From the NCBI GenBank assembly GCA_051294905.1, contig CM119373.1, positions 5,272,001-5,336,000 on the forward strand: a stretch of DNA of 64,000 nt, in the 5' to 3' direction. Each line of letters starts with the position of its first letter. Positions within the stretch are counted from its first letter, which is position 1. Positions 1 through 12,480 of this stretch are shown here, piece by piece. The notes beneath the pieces are model-generated. The model ran no database searches, was not told the DNA's origin, and saw only the letters and a program-made list of their open reading frames with translations. Origin of the DNA: Botryllus schlosseri (taxonomy: Eukaryota). Made by a program: the position numbers and the translations under genes.

Positions 1-299
1 CGTGTTGATTGCGGCAGTGATCATCACACTTGTCCAATCTGCTTCCGCGTAACCATATACCAACTGCTGATTGAATGGCATGAAAAGTTGTTATTGTTGT
101 ACATCTACATTGTACACACATGGCATTGTAGTTTACATTATTTTGCGAATTAGTTGAGGTCTAGTGATTTAAAGCTAATCAAATCGCTGCGTGAGTACAT
201 GGACAAGCCCGATTGCAGCAACCTTGCTTGCATCACGATTTGAAATCACACCCGGATGATCTCCTGTGTCATTTACGTTAATTGGTTATCACGGGTGGT

Positions 300-560
300 G
301 GGTTTTGCTTGTTGGTTTGTCAACTAGTATGGTCATTGGTCATTTACACCTGGCCAAATTTCTTTATTTATTATTCCGTAGCTGCCGGCTTGTAGCACGG
401 GCCACTTCTAGGCTTTTTAAAAGACACCGCTTACACGGATGACAAGGCCACGAGTAGCCTAGATATAGCCCTACCGCCAACACTTAGGTAGAGATTCTGG
501 AGTCGACCTCGGACGGACTCGAACCCGCAAACCATTGGTGTTGCTGCCACAAAAAGCCCA
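300..560 (-). mobile_element. tRNA-derived SINE family A copy
   Basis: Shares the body and B-box region (ggactcgaaccc on the + strand) with copies at 10400, 14445, 38690 and 51257. Confidence 0.7.
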
Positions 561-1529
561 GTAACGCTTATGATTGTCACGTATCGCGGAAGTTTCACCC
601 GACTCACTCATATATCTAAAATTGCGCAGCGTATCTCACTTACGAATAATACGACTGTAGGTGTCGACTAAGTACGAGTGCTGTGCGCATGCGAGTCACG
701 TCATGTTGCGATCCAGGCGACTAACGTTGCGATAAAACTTTGTGACATTCTATTGTAGGTTTAGGACAGTAAGCGTCGCAGTCATTTAGTGCAATATTCC
801 GGTGGTAAATGCAACACAAAATAAGTACTTGGCGATTTGAACTCTGCAGCGTCGCATTTTCAACAGTACGTCGGCGATGATCGGCAGGACAGCGATAAAA
901 TATCAATTCGTCGCTTTGTTAATCTGCATTGGAGGTGAGCTCGTGATCTTCATGTTGCGAATCGCAATATTTCGGAATAAACAATTATTGCAATTATCTT
1001 AACTTAAACCTGATGCGTTATGCAAAGCAGGAAACCCTCTAGGAATATCTAATTTGTCGCTTCTAATGGAGATTTGAGTATAGCGTGAGACTGATTTGGC
1101 TTACGGGTCTGGTCGTTTGATAATGGTTACGAATTAGAATCTTCCTGCTCCCGATGGAGTCTTATCATACCTTTGTTAATGCTCAATTTGTGCGGGTGAT
1201 AGCTGATCATCGGATTATTTTCAAAGGTCTACAGTTGTAAGTAAAGCTTAGGTCCGGGTTATGTTTGTGTGTCTATGGTGTAAATTTCTATGGAGGGTTT
1301 ACAGCCCACGAATAATTATTGGCAACATTATCGGTATCGACATGCAAGCGACTATAACGATTCAAACTACGCGATTGCAATAGTAATCTGAAGCAAATTC
1401 TATCGCATATATCTGCACTAATGATGCACGCAGTTTCACTAATATTCATGGGCGATAAATTCGCGGTTATCTTTCGATTATCGCAAGAACACGGATTGTG
1501 TTGTGATGATTTCGCGAGTAATGGAAAAT

Positions 1530-1697
1530 GAGTTGTTGTTACTGTTGTTGTTTTGTGGTATTCATGGTGTTTGTCGACTACTATGGTCATTTACACCAGG
1601 CCAATTTTTTCATTTTTATTCCATAGCTGCCGACTTGTAGCACGGTCCACATCTAGGCTTTTATAAGACACCGCTTACACGGATGAGATGACGAGGA
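1530..1697 (-). mobile_element. SINE family A, 3' half with (CAA)n-type tail
   Basis: Near-identical to the tail-side half of the other copies. Confidence 0.65.
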
Positions 1698-1929
1698 GGA
1701 AAATGGCTCTTCACTATAATAGAACTGTCATCCTTGCTGTTTTGATCCTTTCTATACCCAGATTGAATATGGTGTCATATCCAGGAATACTTCCATTTGA
1801 TTTGCATTATCCATATTCGCTGAGCCGATCAAATTATCCCACGTTTACACCATCTGATATAAAGTAATTTAATACGAGGCATTTTTAATGTAGTGTGGAG
1901 ATTCAGCTGATTTATGTGTTAGCTTAGAC

Positions 1930-2611
1930 CAGCGGTTCTGTACCTTTTTATATGTCGGAGCTGCGTTTCAAACTTCAGAACACGTATGATGTCGCATAAA
2001 AGCACTCGAGTAGGTTACCTATAACGAAATTTTTAAGGTAGCTAGCCTACTTGTGGATCTGACCATTCAGCTAATTCAAAAGCATGCACAATTGCACATA
2101 GACTTCTCATCGGTTATTTTAGCATTGATGGAGCCAGATTGGCGAGTGCCATGGAAATAAACTGAAAATGCATATCATTACTACAGCATACTGTTGTGGG
2201 ATTATACGAGTAATCTTGGATTTATTGCAATATATACGTGACTATGAGCCGTTATTTTGATGTTAGTCAAATTGTGTCGAAATTTTGTCTTCATAGAGAC
2301 AATATACAAAAGTCTATGACCAGCAGAACTCAAGGTATATTGTTGTCTAATGGGTAATCATCCATGGGTTTGACGCTAGTCTGCAATAATTCATTTTCCA
2401 GGTTTTCAGAAGCGGCCTTGGACGGCTTTAAACATAACTAATATCCTTTATTTTGGCATTCGTACACAGAAATTGACTATAACTATCCACAGAGACAAAC
2501 AACAACTTTCGTCTATCATATTTTTGTGGCATATTTAGAGGCCAATCAGAGCCGCAAGAAGGCTACCTTGGAGCCACATGTGGCTCTGAGAGCAGCGGTT
2601 GGGACTCACTG
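1930..2611. mobile_element. hAT-type MITE
   Basis: CAGCGGTT...CACTG ends; 8-bp TSD gcttagac/gtttagac; absent from the paralogous region. Confidence 0.65.
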
Positions 2612-2796
2612 GTTTAGACAGTTATATCATATAACTTATATGCGATTACCATTTTAGAATGCTTTGGGTGATATGTCGTAAATAGATTTTCGATCCAAAC
2701 GTAAATGTGCTACAAAGGTGTTCCATTTTAGAAAAGTGCTAACTCGAAGATGTCTTTCGTCATTGATATTAAATGTATATTTTGATCATACTACAG

Positions 2797-5700
2797 GGCA
2801 AGTGAATGCAGCCGAACAATGCGAAAACGTGGTAGGTCATATAAATGTTTTCATTTATTATACATATAGGCTGCGGCAGCGACGTGCGGTCGGGGGAGGC
2901 AAGTGGGGCGGTGCATCACCTGTCGTCAAGATGAGTATAAAAAAATTGAGATGACTTCAATGAATATAACATCATCGATGTTCTAGAATAACCAATTTTA
3001 TTATTTTAATTCCATCACGAACAATTGCATGGATATGGCAATTTAATTAGAGGCTATATTCCAATTAGAAAAAAGTCGAAGATACTGAAAAAGAAAATGT
3101 CATCGAACTGTACATGTACAATATCCATGCCGTGGTGCACAAGGCCTAAAAAGGCTATAAGCGTCACTGAAATGCCTTGAATTAATAATAATAATAATAA
3201 TAATTAGAAATTCCCTTCCGGATTAATCAACCCATTCTGCAAAGTTTCCGGGTATAAAATGATGAAACATCTGAATACATTGTAAAACAATTTTGAGTTC
3301 AATCGTTCAGGGTAGACAATAAAATCAAACAGAAACACTGTCACTATGGGGTCGGGTTGATTTTTCCGTTTTGTCCTCGGGTTGGTTGCAATGGTACTTT
3401 ATTCATTGCCAAGGGGGCGACAGCTCAAAAAAGGTTTGGGTGACACTGAACTAGACAATCCCAGCGCATTTATACAATGCGCAATCGACTGCGCCAGCCG
3501 ACGGTGTATTATGAATCGTGTAGTTGCGACTGCAACGGGTAGGTTAGTTCAGTGCAAATACATTCACTTACCGTTATATCTGTTAAGTATTTTCCGTGCA
3601 TACCTATACCTTCAATAGTGTAGGTTGCGTGTGAAGAGCGCGTATGTGATAAGAAACCGGTCGCTAACTGAATCAGCCACCATCTGGGGTATATATAGGT
3701 GTAATACTAACTCTGAACCGGTGATTTCCGACGTGGGCGATATCGCACCGCAGTAGGCGATTCTGAAAAACAATGGTACAGAAATACCAAAATTGGCGAT
3801 TGGGGAGCTGTAGGAGACGCAAATGTTAGAACGTCGAGTGGGATTTATTTGATTACCATTCCACCATACCCCCTAAAAAAAAAAAAAAAAAAACGTCAAA
3901 CTCCATTCTGTAAATGACGCGAAAGAAGTTGACTACAAAGAAATTCAATCCAATGGGTAGTAGTTCGGGAAAATGAACTTTTGTTAGTTAATTCACCAGC
4001 GATCATAGTTAGGTGAATATATTGCCCTTTGATATGTTTTCTTTTTCGGATCCGTAAATGTGTGTGTGTGTGTGTGTGGGGGGGGGGATAATTCGTGTCT
4101 AGCTTTATAAGGAGCGACCGGTCGAAAACGGTCACTGCCTCGCCAACCAAGAACCCCCACCGCACGTCACTAATATGCAGTATCCATCGGTATAACATAG
4201 GGGTGTCTATGTATATTATAGTCGGTATATTTGAGCATATACAATCCGACTATTTGCTGTCAAATAAATTTGTCTATGTATAGTTGTCTACCTTATACTT
4301 TATGTCAAGAATATCACATGACAATTTGCTGAATTTGTTTCTTACTTTCAGCAGGATATCGCCAGTGAGTCTGCATTTTCAATGGTTCGGATAGCATATG
4401 ATCACCTGATATTTCCAACCGGGAATCGCGACTGACTGCGCGTGGTTTTGCAATGAGGCATTCCGAAGAATATATCATTCACTGCGGAGTCATCTATATT
4501 CGCGAGAGTCCTAATTCTACCTATAGGGTTGCTTTTAAAATATACATGTTTAAAACAAGGCCCTAATTTACATCATGCTTGTTTTTATTAAGCCATGACG
4601 TCACGAATCATTTGTTACACCATAGTGGATTGACATTGACAATTGAAAATAGAGGGTAAGTACCAGCTCACATGAGTAATGATCTACGTAGAAAACGGTT
4701 ATACATATACCTAATGATTGAGCGCGATCCTACGATAAATAATATTATCACGAAAAAATCGAAACATCATATAATATTCATAAAAATATACCGTTACATG
4801 ATGATTTATCTATCCTTAACCGATTGGTGTAGTTTTTGGTTCCGTTATTGATTGGATAATAATTTTACACCAACGCCTAAATGTAATGAACTTTTAACGA
4901 ATCAATGTAATTCATGCGAACCCATATAAAGTCTTTGCACCTTTATATATAATCGGCTCATCTTGATCTCGCCGTATCGCCAAACAATGCTTTTCATATA
5001 GTATACGATACGAAGTAATTTGACGTTTTTCACTCCTTTCCAGACGATGAGGGTAAACAAGCTCTGAAAGAATACATGCAGGAGCAAAACGATAGGATAA
5101 TAGTTTCCATTAGCACTACTGTTATCGAAGGACAAAGTAATTCAAAATCAATGCCCGACACCACGACAACAACTGACATCGTATCGACAACTTCCACGAT
5201 GACCGGAAATGGTAAGTAGACTAGATAACTAATTTGAAAAAATATGGCTCAAGTAGACTATTCCCCTAATTCAGTGGTTCCCAACCTTTTTCCACCCACG
5301 CACCATTTTGAGGTTTTATGCAGTTCTCGCGAACCAGCTATATAAGTTACGCGCGTTTCCACCATTTATGATGTCATACTCACGTATTTGACCTATGCAA
5401 GGTGTATTACCAAATTCTATTAAACTAGGTCAGGGATGTCAAACATATACGGCCCGCCAGACGATTTTATCCGGCCCGCATAGCAATTCTGAGTACATTG
5501 AAAAAAGATTATATCATCCATCACATCCACAGTAATAAGCCAAATTACAACGTCCGCGTTACGCCTACGCAGGGTTAACGCCAGATTATGACTAAAGCAG
5601 GGGTGGCCAACCTTTTTGCCATTCACGGCCGCATTTCGACTACTCGTGTGGCCTGCGACCGCATTCCGGGGCATAGTCGTAATGAACGAGCCGGACGCCA

Positions 5701-8700
5701 AATAACCAGGTTAAAGTGTTCAATGTTCATGTCCATTTCTGGTGAACTCCGGACTAATCTATTTAATGGTAGGCTTACTATGCGCACCAAATACGCGAGT
5801 GGTCACTGGTAATGTTAAGGAAAGAAGTGCTCATAGTCGCGCGAAGCGCGAAAAAAAATCAGATTCGCCAATGAATTTCGTCATAGATATTAGTAGTTTT
5901 ACATATTACCATCAAACATTTATCCTTTCTCATCCCATGTGATCAGATTCACTGGTATAGAGTTCATGTAGGGGTGTTCTCGAAAATTTAAAGCAAGTTA
6001 TAAATTATGTTGCATCTTCTGGTGAGCCAATTGGTATTAGTCACTTTGTAGCAAGCTGTTATTTCTTGACCTGTGATCAGGATTGTTAGTATAGTGAGGA
6101 GCACACGATTCCGAGCTGATATTTCCATGTGAGGCACATCATTTTCCATTGATGTTCGCATCTGTATTGTGGGGCTCTGATTGCAAAGGGTGCTACTATA
6201 TTAAAATCGAAAAATGTAGTTGAATTGAATCGCGCGCAGCGCGGATAAAATTTCAAGATTAATTAAAATTTTTCAAGAAATCGGGAGTCAATTGCATGTC
6301 GACGGCCGCCAACACATACTAATTGAATTGCGTGTCTGCGGCCACAGGTTGGCCACGCCTTGACTAACGCAAAGGGAACACTGAAATATGTCAACTTGTA
6401 TCGCTGGTAATGCCATTGTATTCAACCGGACAAATATCGTATTTTCACCAATTTCATTGCTCGCAAATAATGGTGTTGCGACTCGCTAGAATGAAACCCA
6501 TACGATCCATGTATTATCTATACGAGACAACATTTTGGATTCCGTTGACTGGTCCGGCCCGCGAGCGATTTCATGACTTCGATTCGGCCAGCGATGCAAT
6601 TTGAGTTTGACACCCCTGAACTAGGCATTATCAGCCAGGGTTGATGAGATGTATGGAATTGTTTTTTCACCACCAGTCACAAGAAGAACAACATAATGAA
6701 ATAGCAACACACAACAAAAGTCAGTTTATTTAATGCGATGGCTGCATTTGTTTATTTTCCACTAGCTGGTCGATGCGTGGTATACGTTTGGTTACAGGGC
6801 ATCGAAAGTCATGTATGGGCGCAACAAGTCGGTTTCGTTTCGACTTGATAGTTATCAGGGATGAAAATCCTTGCTCGCATTCCCACGTATAAGGAAAAAT
6901 CAGCAGCTGCATGGGGAATAGCGTGAGACGACGACTTCAAAAAACTCAAAATTAACCTCACCTGAACTAATAACTCCCTCGGTCGACAAAAACAAACAGA
7001 ATCTATACTCGCGTACCACCTAGAAGACCTTCGCGTACCACTAGTGGTACGCGTACCACAGGTTGGGAACCACTGCCCTAATTATTTCACTTATCAAAGA
7101 TGACACGACACTGTCAAAGTCCGAAACGACGTTCACCCAAGAACGTTCTACGACCGCAACGAATGAAGAACATGCAACTACGAAAGGTAAGCTGATTAAC
7201 ACAGGAAATTGAGATTATGTTTTAACGAAATTGATGATCGTAATTCTTTAATTTCCATTCATATCGAAGCTGTATCGTTCCAGCCAGATTTGAAAGCGAC
7301 TGCTCACGCTCAACTGACCACGGCTGATACCAAAGCCGAACTTACAACTTCCGAACCCGACGGTAATTGATTGAACTTGGTTCTGAGTGAATGAACACAT
7401 ATAATTTGTTAGACGTAAAGGCCTCTGCACACTGACCTCGCGACGCAACATCGCGAGTTGCGCGTTGCGAGTTGCGAGTCGTAAGTCGCGAAGCAATGCA
7501 CACTTGTCCCGGCAGTGCCCACAAGCGGCAACTACAGCTCTTGCGCGTTCTGTCCGAAGTCTCGCAATGGATACACATTGCACAGCTCCCGATAGATCGC
7601 AAAATGAATATTTCGATGGTTATACATGGGTTTGTCAATGAATAAGATGACGTCTTATATGCACACACTTTTCCATTAACGAACCAATATCATATTTCAA
7701 TGCTGAAAACGCATAATCTGGGTGACCCAGTTAAAGGCGCTATTTCCGGTTGCCGATCCAAATTTCTGGAGTTCTAGCTGTAGCCTATTATGCTACAGAC
7801 ACCAAGCCTTTCTGTATTCCACTGCCTCAGTGACGGCATCAACTGTCAACCACTCATACATTAATTTCTCGATATGATAGAGAACAACATTCAAATGCAT
7901 TTTAATTTTATTGTAAATGAATTAAGTCTTAACAATATTCAAATATAACTCTGGGATTATTTCCTTTTCAATATTCGATTCGCCCTCAGGTATCAAGCAT
8001 GGAAACTGATCCGTAGGCCTGGTTGATTCATTCTCCATAATGATGCATAATCCATTTCTGACTTATAATATTAGCCACTACAATTCGTACCGAAGTCTTA
8101 TAAAGAGGAGAATAGACGAAATCTAACATCAAGAGTTACACTGCTGCTACCTAGTCAACAAAAAGATTTTCAGACGTCGTGTACTGAGATGTACCGGTAT
8201 CTGAAATATACATCAGTGAACCCATGACATACCACGATTATATGTACCTGCTTAACCCAGTTTCCAACCAATGTACACTGTACAGGTTAGAATGAATCAG
8301 ACAAGATATATATCTAATAAATCCACCTGTAGACATACAATGATTGAGAGTTTCGCGGTATCGGTACTGCCGGAGTTGGTTGGCATTTGGTAAATACCAA
8401 GTACCGGTACTGCTTACAGTAGAATGCGCTCTTGCAGTTAAGCTTCAAGTTTTAAAATGGCCTCAAATCAGTCTAAATTCAATGAGGAAACAATTATAGA
8501 TGCCAAAACACGCATTACCCGGACAAACTATTGCGGTGACATAGAGCTAACGATCAGTAACTGCTGACCAGTCGCTCGCAACTCGCGACAAAGTTGAAAA
8601 TTTTCAACTTTGTCGCGGAGTTGCGCAACCCTGTCGCAGACGGCATGTTGCGAGTTGCCGGCGACTCCGGTCTGCATGGTCCAGTCGCAGACAGGCGCGA

Positions 8701-10302
8701 TTCTCTCGTTTTATCGGGTCGCGAGCTCAGTGTGCAGAGGCCTTAAGAGTGCCCGGTTTCGGGATATTGCTTAAATCCTATTATGATACCATAGTGTCCT
8801 ATATGGTGTCGATACAGGCAAATCTCACGCTTCTGTGAAATTGTAACACGTCACAATTTCCATTTGGCTACAGGCTATTTGACGGTTATTTTTGACCGTT
8901 TTTCCGAGCATAAAATTTGGAAAACAGGTATCAATCGAAAGCTGACCCTGCACTGATTACGAAAATATAAATTGTATTCCGCTCGTGTCCCTGGAACTCT
9001 CACAATCTGCCTCGAATTTTTCATTGTTATGGAGATTGGCATTGGGACGCAACAATGCTTAACAATGCTGCCTGGCTCTTTTTCTCTTGAGCTACTCTCT
9101 CGTTTCGCCAGACAGCATTGTTACGTCCCGATGCCAATCTCCATAACAATAAAGAATTAGAAGCTGATTGTGGGAGTCCCAGGGCCACGAGCGGAACAAC
9201 ATTTATATTTTCGTTATCGGTGCAGAGTCAGCTTTCGATTGATATCTGTTTTCCAAATTTAATGCTCGGCAAACCGGTCAAAAATGACCGTCAAATTGCC
9301 TGTAGCCTAATGGAAATTGTGATGTGATACAATTTCACTGAGGCGTGAGACTTGCCAGTGTCGACAATATATAGGACACTATGGTGGTACATTATAACCT
9401 ATGATAGATATTGTAAGATCTAGTTCCATTCTCACCACCAACGTGACATCGTGATGTAGAATTATTGATTTATTAAGATTTGTATTCAAATACACAAAGA
9501 AACACGAAAATTGTGAAAACATTTCAACATCCATTCCGTCAGTTGATGACACTCAGTTGATATACGTACGAATAGTCACAACCTGTATTAGGCGATAACC
9601 TATTTCCTGATTTACTAAGAATCGCTGAAGGATTATGTGTCTTATATTTCAGCATGTCAATCCTCCCACTTCAAGTTCCCGACTAAGATTCATAAGGATT
9701 ACGTTCAATACAATGCTAGCGTGCCTCAGTTCAGGTCATTTACAGCATGCGTGTGGTTGCGACCAGAAGAGATAAGTGCAGGTGATTCATACGGTGTTAT
9801 GAGCTACTGCACGAAAGGATCAAAGATTTGCGAAACCCTTCTCGTCTCTCTTCGTGCTGAAAAAATGACCGTTATCATCGAAAAAGGGAGCAATAGTCAA
9901 TATAATTTTGCCTCTACAATCAAAGTCAGACAATGGACTTACGCATGCATTGTGATGTCAGAAAATGTATCACAGTACTACACCAACGGCTCGTTTAATT
10001 CTGAATCTCACTATACGCTCAGCGAAGATATTCCGAACGGTGGCGTATTGATTTTTGGTAATGCCCAAGGTAAGCAAATAAACAGTAAATCACCTGGAGA
10101 ACCGACGGATTGGAGTCACGGATTCTACGGCGAAATGAAAGAATTTCAACTATGGAACAGACCACTCACTGGAAACGAAATCGAAGATTTATTCATATCC
10201 GGAGGGTGCAGTTGCAACACCGATTCTATCGTGAATTTTGATGATAGTAATTCAGTGATCAAAGGAAACGTGTTAGCTCTTTGGAATGCCACATGTCCAT
10301 GA
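2797..10302 (+). CDS. Multi-exon, probably secreted pentraxin-domain protein with Thr/Ser-rich stalk. Exons 2797-2831, 4355-4364, 5044-5211, 7100-7186, 9653-10302; signal-peptide exon probably upstream of the window.
   Basis: Every exon has AG/GT boundaries and the phases chain without a stop (1-0-1-1-1): GQVNAAEQCENV|DIA|NDEGKQALKEYMQEQ...TTTTTDIVSTTSTMTGN|DDTTLSKSETT...ATTK|ACQSSHFKFP... The last exon has pentraxin motifs FTACVWLR, WTYACIV, GGVLIFG and FYGEMKEFQLWNRPLT. Confidence 0.8.
5431..6618. mobile_element. hAT MITE nested in 5272-7075
   Basis: TIRs cagggatgtcaaac / gtttgacacccctg; TSD aactaggt/aactaggc. Confidence 0.8.
5598..6361. mobile_element. hAT MITE nested in 5431-6618
   Basis: TIRs caggggtggccaacc / ggttggccacgcct; TSD gactaaag/gactaacg. 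Confidence 0.75.
6730..6912 (-). pseudogene. hAT Charlie/Buster transposase C-terminal remnant
   Basis: LLIFPYTWECEQGFSSLITIKSKRNRL...IPRIDQLVENKQMQPSH* matches the typical Charlie/Buster C-terminus (LPFxTTYLCExGFS...KxRNRL...HxSH). Confidence 0.85.
7419..8743. mobile_element. PIF/Harbinger-type non-autonomous element
   Basis: 26-bp TIR aggcctctgcacactga(c/g)ctcgcgac; TAA TSD on both sides. Confidence 0.85.
8789..9384. mobile_element. Fold-back MITE with ~270-bp inverted arms
   Basis: ccatagtgtcctatat...atataggacactatgg; the arms are alignable inverted repeats over most of the length; flanks tgata/tggta. Confidence 0.8.
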
Positions 10303-10399
10303 TATGGAATGAAACGGGCTGCAGACCTACGCAGATGACGATTCCTTGATTCTATACGACTAAGTAAAACTTACGGAATAAATTTGTAATGGCTAGACT

Positions 10400-10690
10400 G
10401 CTGTTGTTGCTATTGTTGTTTTTGGTATTCATGGTGTTTGTCGACTACTATATGGTCATTGGTCGTTTACAACATGTCAATTTTCCTGATTGTTTTTATT
10501 TCGTAGGTGCCGACTTGTAGCACGGCTCACTTCCAGGCTTTTTATAAGACGCCGCTTACGCGAATGAGATGGTGAGCCTAGTAGCCTAGATGAAACCACA
10601 ACATTTTGTAGGAATTCTGAGTCGACCTCGGTCGGACTCGAACCCATTGATGATGCAGCTGTGTCTTATACCACTACGTTATCTGACCAC
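10400..10690 (-). mobile_element. SINE family A copy
   Basis: Full head-to-tail similarity to the other copies; lies just 3' of the pentraxin stop codon. Confidence 0.75.
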
Positions 10691-11236
10691 CAATTGCCGA
10701 TGGGGCTGTTAGCATGTTCCAATTAGATTGCAAGTCCCTGTTCCCATTCCCAATATATATATATCAAAATTGGGAAATGTAGAATTGTTTAGTAATTTCG
10801 TGACGGCATATATCAAGATACAATTATTGATATACATTTTTTTTCCTAACTGTCATTTAATTACTAGGACGAGTTTTTGACACTTTTGCAACTTTTTTAC
10901 AGCTTCCGCCAGCTTCCTAAATACTCGGAAGTTATGTAGAATGCTGTTTCAGGCTGCTTATCTAATCTTATTGTGCAACTCTTTGCAACTTTTGTCCATT
11001 TTTTCATGCAACTTTTTCGATTTTTCATGAATGGTTTTTTCGATTTTTCATGCAACCAACGTTTCACTGGAAATATTTGGCAGTATATGTAAATTGATCG
11101 CTTGAATACGTCACTGCTTTTTGAGAATTTGAGTGATATACAAATACTATCTCATTGAACATGATAATTTGATAAACGTTCGACGGTTACGAGACAATCC
11201 ATCATTATATATCGTCAGGTCCCCGGCAGTAATTAG

Positions 11237-11600
11237 TAGGGCAAGGTTTTGCAACTTTTGAAACTTTTTTTACAGCTTCCGGCAGCTTCCTAAATACTCG
11301 TAAGATATGTAGAATGCTGTTTTAAGCTGTTTGAAGGAATCTTATAGTGCAACTCTTTGCAACTTTTTCGATTTTTCATCAAAGTATTTTCGGTTTTGGT
11401 GAAATACACGGCCAAATTCGACTGAAACATTGTAAATCAGCACCGAAGTACGAGTATTTCAGGAGCTGAGCCGCTAAATTGACCTTTTTTTAGTCAACCG
11501 AGCAAAATGGGGTCTTTTAGTGCAACTTTTTCAACTTTTGTCAAAAATAAATAAATAAATGCAACTTTCGAGGATTTAACTGCAACAAAAACTTGCCCTA
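11237..11600. mobile_element. hAT-like MITE (TAGGGC ends); partial related copy at ~10865-11060
   Basis: tagggcaaggtttt / aaaaacttgcccta; TSD gtaattag/gtaatcag; internal tgcaactttt repeats. Confidence 0.75.
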
Positions 11601-12480
11601 GTAATCAGTTACCAGCTAGCATGGCTCTAATGACTCGAATAGGATTTCTTGACTTGCCTTAATTCGAGTCATATTCCTGAAACTAGGAAAAAGGACTCGG
11701 CTCGGAATGCGGCAATATGAGTATTGACTCGACTTGTACTTGAGTCATTGCGCATGACTGCACCACGTCATATGACTCGGAACTCGGACGGACAAGAGTG
11801 AACTTTTGTTGTTACTTAGTACGTATTTGTCAGATACCACAATAATTGTATTTCCTCTATCAGTACTGGTATATATATAGGGCCAGAAACTGTTAAAGGC
11901 GAGGGAAACTACTGGATTTTACATGCGAGTCATTCCATGTCAGCTAAACATACTTGTAAATAATTGAGTTGAACAGGACATGAAACTGAACAGTGAACAC
12001 AATGTCCTGGACTCCTACTCAACCCTATAATGTTCCCTGACTTTAACATCAAAGTCAGATAATACATAGAGCAGTAATCAGAGGGTGAATCACGCGGAGC
12101 GCTATTTTTTTTATTTCACTGCTTTTTCGCGCCTCCATTGAGATGCTTTCACGCCCACCCCTCAGTTTGAGAATCCATGCACTAAAATGTAGTTGGTACG
12201 GTACAAAGCTTATTGTCTATCCTCGCTGCCTTTATTGATGTCGGGTCCTTATAGTATGTATAGAGTCGCACGAGAGTGCTCAGATACTTATAACGACAAT
12301 TTTAAAGAATGTGTATAATGTATACACTTATATAATATATATCAGTAAATTTAGGATTGATAGACATGGCTTGGCGAGTGCAATTACATTAATCAAACTG
12401 CAAATGCGTAATATAACAAACGGGTAAAAAAGATAATAGTGTATTTCGCCAATTGTCACCCCGGTTCAGGATGTAAATCA

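Larger units (their letters stand above)
5272..7075 (-). mobile_element. Deleted hAT-Charlie/Buster element with two nested hAT MITEs
   Basis: TIRs CAGTGGTTCCCAACC / GGTTGGGAACCACTG and a perfect 8-bp TSD CCCTAATT (5264-5271, 7076-7083). Confidence 0.9.

Noticed and set aside
2..52. Hydrophobic frame VLIAAVIITLVQSASA at the window start as the pentraxin signal exon
   Set aside because: Ends in TAA, has no phase-1 donor and does not resemble the paralog's signal exon.
575..747. TGTCAC...GTGACA segment as a solo LTR
   Set aside because: No target-site duplication.
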